From Candidatus Scalindua sp. (GTDB taxonomy: Bacteria; Planctomycetota; Brocadiia; Brocadiales; Scalinduaceae), in assembly GCA_031316235.1 (NCBI GenBank), contig JALDRA010000001.1, forward strand, positions 3,960,001-3,992,000: a stretch of DNA of 32,000 bases. The letters are read 5' to 3'. Shown in pieces: positions 24,595 through 32,000 of the stretch (position 1 is its first letter; every line of letters begins with the position of its first letter). The notes below the pieces were generated by a model, which was given only the letters and a program-made list of their open reading frames with translations, was not told where the DNA came from and did not search any database. The translations under genes were made by a program, and so were the position numbers.

Positions 24595-27402
24595 TTAAGC
24601 CTCGATGGTCTCAATAACCTCTGCGCATCGTTTACACAGCGTTGGATATTTTTCAAGCTTACCTACTTCCCTGCGGAAGTTCCAGCACCTTTCGCATTTA
24701 TCACTCTGAGACATTTTTATCTTTATCCACAAATTATCAGAATTCCCCCCAGTGTCTGTGGAGTCTAAAGGTTCATTACTGATCGTTACGTCTGAAACGA
24801 TGAAGATCATGGGTAAATCACGGTGATACTTCTTTAAGAACTGAAAGAGCCCGGCATCATCCGTATGGAGATCAACTACCGCTTCCAGGGAATTCCCGAT
24901 TTTCTTTTCCGCTCTCATTTTTTCCAACTCTCGTGCGACATCCGATCTTATTTTAATTATTTTGTCCCACCTCTTATCTAACTCTTCATCAATATATTTT
25001 TCATTAACTTCCGGCCAGTCCGCCAGATGTACACTTGTACTCTCACTGCTCATCTCCATCCAGACCTCTTCAGCTGTATAGACCAGAATTGGTGCCAAAA
25101 GTCTTACCAGCACACTGTTTATCCGATAGAGAACTGTTTGCGCGGCTCTTCTTTCCGTAGAGTTTTTCGAAAATGTATACAACCGGTCTTTCAGGATGTC
25201 AAAGTAAAAGGAGCTCATTTCAACAACACAAAAATTGTGAACAGTGTGGTATACACGATGAAATTGTAAGAGATCAAAAGCTGCAGTTACCGCATGTATG
25301 AGTTTCTCTGTCTTTAGTAATGCCCACCTGTCAATCTCCCATAATTTATCATATTCGATAGTATCTTTCTCCGGATCAAAATCGCAGATATTTCCCAGAA
25401 GGTATCTAAATGTATTCCTCAATCTTCTATATGAATCTGACATGCGTTGAATAATTGTACGGGAGGTATTCATTTCATTCCGATACTCCATTGAAGCTGT
25501 CCATAATCTGAGGACATCTCCGCCCAACTCTTTTAACGCATCACTGACAGACACAAAATTTCCAAGTGATTTGGACATTTTTTCACCTTTTTCATCAACG
25601 ACAAAACCGTGTGTCACCACTGTCTTGAAAGGTGCACACCCCCATGCAGCAACCGAAGGAAGCAAAGATAACTGGAACCAGCCTCTATGTTGATCACTTC
25701 CTTCAAGATACATGTCTGCTGGAAAAGAAAGATCACTGCGCTTGTGGAGGACAGAGTGATGGCTTGAGCCTGATTCAAACCACACATCAAAAATATCGTT
25801 CTCTTTTTCAAAATCAGTTGAACTGCACTTTGAACATTTTGTACCTTCGGGAAGAAATTCTCTGGAATTTTTATAAAACCAGCTATCTGCTCCAAACTTT
25901 AAAAACATATCACGTACGTGATAGACAACATCTATGTTTAAAAGCGATTCTTTGCAGTGTGTACAATAAAAGACAGGGATGGGTACTCCCCAGGACCTTT
26001 GCCGGGAAATGCACCAATCTGGACGGTCCTTTATCATATTAGACATCCGGACTTCTCCCCAGGAAGGCAGCCATTTTGTTTTTTTTACCTGATCTAATAC
26101 ATTCTCCCTGAGACCGCAATGGTCTAAACTCACGAACCACTGCTCGGTAGCACGGAAAATGACCGGCTCTCTGCAGCGCCAGCAGTGAGGATATGAATGT
26201 TGTAAATTACCTTTATGTAATAAAAGGTTCAATTCATCTAATTTCTTTGTTATTGATTTATTACCTTCAGAAATTTTCTGCTTTGCAAACCCCCCGGCTT
26301 CTTCGGTAAAAAAACCTGATTTGTCAACAGGGCTGAGAATAGGTAAATTATACCGTAAACCGGTTATATAGTCATCTTGTCCATGGCCGGGAGCGGTGTG
26401 TACACATCCAGTGCCATCAGAAAGAGTTACATAATTTGCCAGAACTATTGATCCGGATCTGTCCATAAGAGTGTGGTGGTAGGCAAGTCCTTCCAGAGAA
26501 CGGCCAGCTGCGGTTCCGAGCAGATCAAATTTTTCAATCTTCAGTAAACACATGATCGATTCAACCAGGCTGTCAGCAATTATCGTTACTTCGCTCTTTT
26601 GTGTTTTGGGATTTTTATATCTGACAGCTCTGTAGGTATACTCCGGGTGTAAAGCGATTGCAAGATTAGCAGGTAATGTCCAGGGAGTTGTAGTCCATAT
26701 CAGGATGAATACCTCCTCCTTCTCAATTTCCGGGAAAACACCCGAAACATCATCAGTAATCTTGAAGTTTACATAGATTGAATGGCTTGATTCATCGCGG
26801 TATTCCAACTCTGCCTCTGCAAGGGCAGTTTCACAGCACATACACCAGTGTATGGGTTTTAATTTTCTATAGATGTAGCCCTTTTCAACAAGTTTACCAA
26901 ACACCTCGATTATTCCGGCCTCATACTCTGGAGTGAAAGTGAGATATGAAGATTCCCAATCGGCAGAAATACCCAGAGATTTGAATTGAGCCATCTGAAT
27001 CCTTACAAATTTTTCTGCATATTGTTTACATTTTTTCCGTATCTCTATTCTTTCCATCGATTTTGCCTTGGATCCGATTTCCTGCATAACCCTGTGCTCT
27101 ATTGGCAGACCGTGGCAGTCCCATCCTGGAATATACGGGGCATCATATCCCCTCATGGTGAAGTATCTTACAATAATATCTTTCAGGATCTTGTTCAATC
27201 CGGTACCAATATGAAGATCTCCTGTCGGATACGGTGGTCCATCATGCAGAATAAATTTCTTTGCACCTGAACGAGCCTTCCGTATCTCAGCATAAAGTCC
27301 CTGTAATTCCCAGTTTTTCAGAAATCCGGGTTCCCTTTGTACAAGATTTCCTTTCATAGAGAATTTTGTTTTTGGCAGATTTATGGTATCTTTATAACTC
27401 AT
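24595..27402 (-). CDS. ileS: Isoleucine--tRNA ligase (type 1, with C-terminal zinc-binding domain)
   Basis: 935-aa ORF with a HIGH motif (PYPTGDLHIGTG), KMSKS (KMSKSLGN), a CP1 editing domain (WTTTPWTLPAN) and a C-terminal CERCWN...CKRC. Its ATG lies 4 nt after the upstream stop. Confidence 0.97.
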   Translation of the reverse strand: MSYKDTINLPKTKFSMKGNLVQREPGFLKNWELQGLYAEIRKARSGAKKFILHDGPPYPTGDLHIGTGLNKILKDIIVRYFTMRGYDAPYIPGWDCHGLPIEHRVMQEIGSKAKSMERIEIRKKCKQYAEKFVRIQMAQFKSLGISADWESSYLTFTPEYEAGIIEVFGKLVEKGYIYRKLKPIHWCMCCETALAEAELEYRDESSHSIYVNFKITDDVSGVFPEIEKEEVFILIWTTTPWTLPANLAIALHPEYTYRAVRYKNPKTQKSEVTIIADSLVESIMCLLKIEKFDLLGTAAGRSLEGLAYHHTLMDRSGSIVLANYVTLSDGTGCVHTAPGHGQDDYITGLRYNLPILSPVDKSGFFTEEAGGFAKQKISEGNKSITKKLDELNLLLHKGNLQHSYPHCWRCREPVIFRATEQWFVSLDHCGLRENVLDQVKKTKWLPSWGEVRMSNMIKDRPDWCISRQRSWGVPIPVFYCTHCKESLLNIDVVYHVRDMFLKFGADSWFYKNSREFLPEGTKCSKCSSTDFEKENDIFDVWFESGSSHHSVLHKRSDLSFPADMYLEGSDQHRGWFQLSLLPSVAAWGCAPFKTVVTHGFVVDEKGEKMSKSLGNFVSVSDALKELGGDVLRLWTASMEYRNEMNTSRTIIQRMSDSYRRLRNTFRYLLGNICDFDPEKDTIEYDKLWEIDRWALLKTEKLIHAVTAAFDLLQFHRVYHTVHNFCVVEMSSFYFDILKDRLYTFSKNSTERRAAQTVLYRINSVLVRLLAPILVYTAEEVWMEMSSESTSVHLADWPEVNEKYIDEELDKRWDKIIKIRSDVARELEKMRAEKKIGNSLEAVVDLHTDDAGLFQFLKKYHRDLPMIFIVSDVTISNEPLDSTDTGGNSDNLWIKIKMSQSDKCERCWNFRREVGKLEKYPTLCKRCAEVIETIEA

Positions 27403-27406
27403 GAAA

Positions 27407-27844
27407 TCAGCTGACTCCCCTCCGGTTTGAAGACCCCATCGTACTGCTCTTTCCAGAAACTCTTTTTCGGGTTTTTGACCGGTCTGTCAGGCCAGAACCG
27501 GCTACTAATCTGTCTAGGTCATTTTTCATAATATTGCTTACAAATATCTCCTTCTCTTTTGATCTTTCCCCGGATATTATTTCGACGTCAGAAATCTTTC
27601 TATTCAACCATTTTGCAATGATTTTTATAATGGCTCTGTTTGCCTTTCCTTTTTCAGGAGGCACTGAAACTGCAACTTTGAGCTGTTTGTTGTACTCTCC
27701 TATTATTCTTTCCTGACTTGAATTGGGCTGGACTTTTACTGGTATTACTATCCCGTCACCTTTTTCTCTTATCTCGATCAATATAGCCTCTTTTGTCGAA
27801 TGTTTCGTCCTTGTAAGCCGTATCTGTTCAAAAAGGTTCAGCAT
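27407..27844 (-). CDS. DUF167 (YggU-like) protein with a basic Ser/Arg-rich C-terminal tail
   Basis: The DUF167 core is GIVIPVKVQPNSSQERIIGEYNKQLKVAVSVPPEKGKANRAIIKIIAKWLNRKISDVEIISGERSKEKEIFV. The start is ambiguous: GTG 27913 (track), ATG 27844 (overlaps the acyP stop), or TTG 27781 preceded by AAAGAGG at 5 nt. Confidence 0.75.
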   Translation of the reverse strand: MLNLFEQIRLTRTKHSTKEAILIEIREKGDGIVIPVKVQPNSSQERIIGEYNKQLKVAVSVPPEKGKANRAIIKIIAKWLNRKISDVEIISGERSKEKEIFVSNIMKNDLDRLVAGSGLTDRSKTRKRVSGKSSTMGSSNRRGVS

Positions 27845-28115
27845 CAATTGTAAATGAATCAAACTCACCCGTTGCTTGTTCGGCTCTAACTTCAACATGT
27901 GTAACTTCCGCACCAGGTGGCCCGCTCTTACACCACGTTACTACATTGTCCACGTTTTCTTCTGCACCTTCAAAAACTGCTTCAACTCGTCCATCTCTGC
28001 AGTTTTTAACCCAGCCTGTCAATCCTGACTGTAATGCCTCTTTCCGTGTGGAGGCCCTGAAAAAGACTCCCTGGACTCTCCCTTTAACAAAGACGTGTGC
28101 CCTTTTGTATTCCAT
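27828..28115 (-). CDS. acyP: Acylphosphatase
   Basis: 95-aa ORF with VKGRVQGVFFRASTRKEALQSGLTGWVKNCRDGRVEAVFEG, the classical acylphosphatase signature. Confidence 0.9.
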   Translation of the reverse strand: MEYKRAHVFVKGRVQGVFFRASTRKEALQSGLTGWVKNCRDGRVEAVFEGAEENVDNVVTWCKSGPPGAEVTHVEVRAEQATGEFDSFTIDAEPF

Positions 28116-28495
28116 CTCTAAGATTTTTGCCTCCTTCTGTCAGCCATAATCTCGTGTCGATATTCCTGCTGACTGCATCCCGGCACACCGGGAAGCACGG
28201 CTGCCAGATAAAGTGCCAGGTTATTACCAGGCATCTGAACAGAATGACAGGGCTTGTTTACTCCACAGGTATACAGAACCTGACAAAGTCATTTTGAAAT
28301 CTACTGATAAAGTATAGTCACACTTCTCACTGCTCGTAGTCCGGATGATTACAACGACCATCTTCAACTCGCCAAACGGAATGGTTACTGAGACGTGAGA
28401 CAGACATCAGGAATTCATGGTAAATCTTGAATAAGTGTATTGTAATTGAGAAAATATGGATTCTGAAAGAGTACGGCCAGAAGCCAAATTACAAA

Positions 28496-28527
28496 ATTCC
28501 CTGCTTATGAGAATATAAGCAGGGAAT
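28496..28527 (-). terminator. Rho-independent terminator downstream of ccsA
   Basis: A perfect 13-bp stem (ATTCCCTGCTTAT / ATAAGCAGGGAAT) with a 6-nt loop. On the minus strand it is followed by TTTGTAATTTGG, and it lies about 90 nt after the ccsA stop. Confidence 0.6.
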
Positions 28528-28619
28528 CAGTAATCTGTTTACCCGAAAAACAGTGGCAAAATTTAAGGTCTTATCAAATCAGTTCTAAATAAACCCGTTA
28601 ATCAAATACCTTGTGTGGA

Positions 28620-29504
28620 TTATTCGGCATAAATATGGTCGCTTGTACTTGCTGTAGGAAGCTTGTGCAAACCCATAAACGTAAAAATAACAGTGGGAAA
28701 AGCAACAATCAGTATTATAGAAAGTAAAACCGGCCTGAAGCTTTTTGAGATACTGGTTTTTGGCAGAATTAATGGCAAATGCAAATAAGTGAGATAGATA
28801 AGCCAGTTTATCAGGGACCAGATTTCTTTAGGGTCCCAGCCCCAGTAAGTTCCCCAGGCCCCTTTAGCCCAGATAGCACCCGTGATCAATCCTACAGTTA
28901 AAAAGGGAAAGCCAATTGAAACAGATATATAAGCCAGTTTATCAAAGGTAACATCCTTGCCTAAATGGCTATCTGCACCGGGCATAACAACCTCCTGTGC
29001 CTTGTTGTGGTAAATGACCCTGTAGATCAGATAAATGATGGCTGCAGAAAATGATATGCTTAATGCTGCATAGGATATAAAATAATTGATCACATGGATA
29101 ACCAGCCAGTTACTCTGTAATGCAGGTGGCAGTTCTTTGATGGTACTGTCGGTATTGATCGCCAGATACAGAAAGCAGGCAGACAAGGCGCACTGAAATG
29201 CACCGATAATACCCAATCGTGAACCATGAACCCGTACAATAAAAATTGTAACAAGCTCCATGATGATATATACAAGTGCTATACTCCAGGAGAAAAAAAC
29301 GAATGATTCAAACTTATCAGACATCGGTGCGTGATTTGCCTCAAACCATCTCATCAGCACCAGAGTTGTATTGAGTATAAAGGCGCCGGACATGACCCCG
29401 AGAGCAATAATGCGCATTGCCCCGGCCCTCCAGACTTCTCTGACGATGTACGCAATGACGCCTGATATAAAAGCATAAAAAGTAATGTTCAGCAAGAAGT
29501 CCAT
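28620..29504 (-). CDS. ccsA: Cytochrome c biogenesis protein CcsA (ResC; system II heme handling)
   Basis: 294-aa polytopic ORF with the WWD/tryptophan-rich motif (WAKGAWGTYWGWDPKEIWSLINW) and conserved His residues in flanking helices. It starts 7 nt after the ccsB stop. Confidence 0.9.
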   Translation of the reverse strand: MDFLLNITFYAFISGVIAYIVREVWRAGAMRIIALGVMSGAFILNTTLVLMRWFEANHAPMSDKFESFVFFSWSIALVYIIMELVTIFIVRVHGSRLGIIGAFQCALSACFLYLAINTDSTIKELPPALQSNWLVIHVINYFISYAALSISFSAAIIYLIYRVIYHNKAQEVVMPGADSHLGKDVTFDKLAYISVSIGFPFLTVGLITGAIWAKGAWGTYWGWDPKEIWSLINWLIYLTYLHLPLILPKTSISKSFRPVLLSIILIVAFPTVIFTFMGLHKLPTASTSDHIYAE

Positions 29505-29511
29505 ATCTGAC

Positions 29512-31299
29512 TCACCTCTCCTTTTTCTTTGATTTTCGCCTCAAGAATGGCTTTATGTAAAAGATAAATACGACACCAACACACAAAATAATAAATCCGG
29601 AATAGACAACTATAATGCCGGGATTCTTTGTTACCTGAAGACCGGAATATAATTCACCCTCCGGATCATAACTCGATTGATAAAAAACATATCCACCGTA
29701 TTTCAAAGGATCGTTCACCTCAATGGTTTTAGATAAAACAGTATTTCCATTGTCAATAATCCTGAGTTTGCTTTTGAAATCTTTTATTTCCATACCAAAT
29801 TTTTCATACAGAAGTGCAAAATTGTTGTCAGGATACCATTTCGCTTGTGTTTGCCCAAGTATCCAGTCATCAACCTTACCCCTGGGACCGGTAATTTCAA
29901 CACGGACTGCCGGATTATTTATGGTATCAGATTTTTTGATAACTTCATTTTGAACACTATAGGAGGGGAAATACTTTGCAATTTTCAGCTGATAGCCACT
30001 TCCTTCTATCTCACACTTCTCACCAACCTCCCAGTTGACAATCTTTATTACCTTGTCGTCTTCAATGTAAGCTATAACCTGTGCATTGTCCTGATGTTGA
30101 ACTATTCTTATTTTATTCGAGGAAAGAGTGAAATCGTCAGGCACATTGCACGTTAACCGGATATCTTTATATTTTGTCTGATGTGCCTTATCCCAATAGT
30201 CAGGATATTTGGAAAATGACCAGCGGGAATCCACACCCTGGGGACCGCTGATGTCAACCATCACCGCTGGATTTTTCAAGGCCTGCTCTTTCAAGGGTTT
30301 AATGCGGTTCATATAATCCAGGGCGAATTCTTTGATCTCAACCTTATATTCAGTTCCTTTGATTTCAAAGATTTTCCCCACCTCTATCGGAATTTCTTTG
30401 TGAATATTCTTATCTTCCAGTTCAAGAGTCAGGATCGGCAGACTGCCCTTCTCAACTGTTTTCGTAAGCCTCTCAAAATCCACGGTATTGTCAACCCAGA
30501 AATACTCGACTCTCATATTACTTCCCGGGTCATTGTACCAGTTCAGTCCCTTCGCAAAAAGCCACCCCTCGGCGGTAATATCTTTCGATCCGGACATCTG
30601 AACATATATTGCAGGGTTTACGGGATCACTTGAAATATTTATCGGGTTTTGAGTATATTCCGCATCTGGATAAAAATCTCTTATGGTAACTGAGTAATTG
30701 GAGTCCTTAACTGCGTACTTTTTCCCGACTTTAACAGCAAGGGGGGTTTGAATATCTTTATCTTTGACATAGGAGATCAATCTGAACTTGGGGGGGTGTT
30801 TCTCAATGAGAAAGTCGTCAAGATGTACCTCAAAATCCAGAGGAATTTTCTTATAATCACCACGTCTCAGATAGTAATCTACCGATTTGCCTTCATAAAC
30901 ATTCACGCCACCCTTTTCTCCAAGCTGAAGGTCGATAAAACAGCCAATCATTATCAGAATAATACTTACATGCGTAAGGAGAAAGCCAATTTGAAGTACG
31001 GTATTCCTCCACCTCTTGATGGTACAGCTGGCAAGGTTTACACATAAAAGAAGCAGCAGGAAAGCAAACCAGTAGGAATGAAAAATGTCGGTGAACTGAA
31101 CAGCGGTAAAAAACTTCGTAACTCCTTCACCGTACCTTTCGACATACTCTTCAGGTGTACGCTGCTGGAGTATTACCGTACCTAACATACATGAAACGGC
31201 AAGCACTAATATAATGATAACTGCAAGCTTGACAGAACAGAGAAACTGCCATGCCTTACTCTCTCTCTTTTCTTCTTTTGAAATTGCTTCTTTTGACAT
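29512..31299 (-). CDS. ccsB: Cytochrome c biogenesis protein CcsB (ResB/Ccs1 family) with an enlarged periplasmic domain
   Basis: 595-aa ORF with a ResB-type N-terminus (FLCSVKLAVIIILVLAVSCMLGTVI), FHSYWF and LLTHVS TM histidines, a large soluble domain, and a C-terminal TM helix plus basic tail. Confidence 0.85.
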   Translation of the reverse strand: MSKEAISKEEKRESKAWQFLCSVKLAVIIILVLAVSCMLGTVILQQRTPEEYVERYGEGVTKFFTAVQFTDIFHSYWFAFLLLLLCVNLASCTIKRWRNTVLQIGFLLTHVSIILIMIGCFIDLQLGEKGGVNVYEGKSVDYYLRRGDYKKIPLDFEVHLDDFLIEKHPPKFRLISYVKDKDIQTPLAVKVGKKYAVKDSNYSVTIRDFYPDAEYTQNPINISSDPVNPAIYVQMSGSKDITAEGWLFAKGLNWYNDPGSNMRVEYFWVDNTVDFERLTKTVEKGSLPILTLELEDKNIHKEIPIEVGKIFEIKGTEYKVEIKEFALDYMNRIKPLKEQALKNPAVMVDISGPQGVDSRWSFSKYPDYWDKAHQTKYKDIRLTCNVPDDFTLSSNKIRIVQHQDNAQVIAYIEDDKVIKIVNWEVGEKCEIEGSGYQLKIAKYFPSYSVQNEVIKKSDTINNPAVRVEITGPRGKVDDWILGQTQAKWYPDNNFALLYEKFGMEIKDFKSKLRIIDNGNTVLSKTIEVNDPLKYGGYVFYQSSYDPEGELYSGLQVTKNPGIIVVYSGFIILCVGVVFIFYIKPFLRRKSKKKER

Positions 31300-31666
31300 A
31301 CTTCCTTACTTCAATCCTGACTTCTTCATCTTTACACATTTTCCACCCTTTAAAAAGGCTTCAAGCAGATGCAAGAATATATCTTTAATATGAAATAAAA
31401 AATGTAATTACTGATATCCGGAGACTGCTGTTTACCTGAACTCACCATATGTCCCGATTGAGAGTATACCCTTATCCTCACGAAGAGCGGGTACTTTGAC
31501 CTCAGATACCCGGCGATTTCTCACAGAATCGCATCAGTGCCTCTCTTTAATACGGCAGTTCCCGAATCAAGCAACAAACCTTCCGGAAGCTGAATAATCG
31601 GTCCTTCATCACTATCTTGTATTGCTGCACCCCCTGCCCATGGACTCCGTGAGGCGTTCCAGCTCA

Positions 31667-31924
31667 CTACGGACACTTCTCCTTATCGCTTTCGGGGCAC
31701 TGCTCTTTTGCGCCTTTTGAACCGCGCTCTCTTTCGAGACTGCCGGTTAAATTTTCTATTTCGTATAACTGGTCGCGAATAGTAATCGCCTGTCGACGAT
31801 TTGCTATCCGAAGCCCTTCAAGCTCAGAGCAGCCAGTCAGGAAACCTGTAGACAACAAAAAAACTATAACAGGGCCGACACTCTTTAATGGAATTACCAA
31901 GTAATGTCTTCCTCCTGCAACCAT
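31667..31924 (-). CDS. Small putative lipoprotein (hypothetical)
   Basis: 85-aa ORF with a signal peptide and lipobox (VIVFLLSTGFLTGC) followed by a charged helical region. No obvious SD. Confidence 0.4.
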   Translation of the reverse strand: MVAGGRHYLVIPLKSVGPVIVFLLSTGFLTGCSELEGLRIANRRQAITIRDQLYEIENLTGSLERERGSKGAKEQCPESDKEKCP

Positions 31925-32000
31925 GTAACATTACAGACTCGTGAATATAACACTTAACTTTATCCTTTTCAAGTTTATTTCTTTTTATTTGTAAATACGG

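Noticed and set aside
27403-27406. T-box or other leader regulation directly upstream of ileS
   Set aside because: The ileS ATG lies only 4 nt after the preceding stop codon, so there is no room for a leader. Any regulation must act at the operon promoter upstream of acyP.
31570-31600. The TCCGGAAGG-like sequence as a trace of SRP (4.5S) RNA
   Set aside because: Only the short palindrome CTTCCGGAAG matches. The flanking conserved SRP helix-8 elements (the GGAA tetraloop context with AGCA symmetric-loop partners) are absent.
1-32000. CRISPR arrays, rRNA genes and IS elements
   Set aside because: No regularly spaced direct repeats, rRNA-like conserved blocks, transposase-like ORFs or terminal inverted repeats were seen anywhere in the window.

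Overview
This 32 kb bacterial chromosomal window is densely coding, mostly on the minus strand, and looks about 40% GC by eye. All calls come from reading motifs in the supplied translations and DNA; no searches were run. Housekeeping genes recognised with confidence are coaE, rho, mnmG, rny, holB, ileS, acyP, a DUF167/YggU-like gene, the system II cytochrome c maturation pair ccsB/ccsA, cstA and one tRNA-Thr(CGU). Accessory or less routine content includes a translationally coupled trio of unknown membrane proteins and a deoxyhypusine-synthase-like protein. It also includes a secreted PEBP (YbhB/YbcL) gene followed by two bactofilins, one fused to a double zinc ribbon. Further accessory genes are a 3D-domain protein, a secreted protein with a 225-bp tandem duplication, and an outer-membrane beta-barrel. 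The standout is a two-gene locus at 5348-9884 on the minus strand. It pairs an EgtD-like histidine N-alpha-methyltransferase with a 1130-aa fusion of an acetylene-hydratase-like Mo/W-pterin oxidoreductase and a NifS-type cysteine desulfurase. This matches the architecture of the rarely seen metallopterin-dependent (O2-independent) ergothioneine synthase pathway. No CRISPR arrays, transposases, integrases or rRNA genes were seen. Several unusually long non-coding gaps (16674-17805, 14554-15212, 28116-28619, 31300-31666) remain unexplained. The gene content (system II cytochrome c maturation, RNase Y, bactofilins) is only weakly suggestive of a Planctomycetota/anammox-like or other anaerobic lineage, and the source organism cannot be determined from this window.
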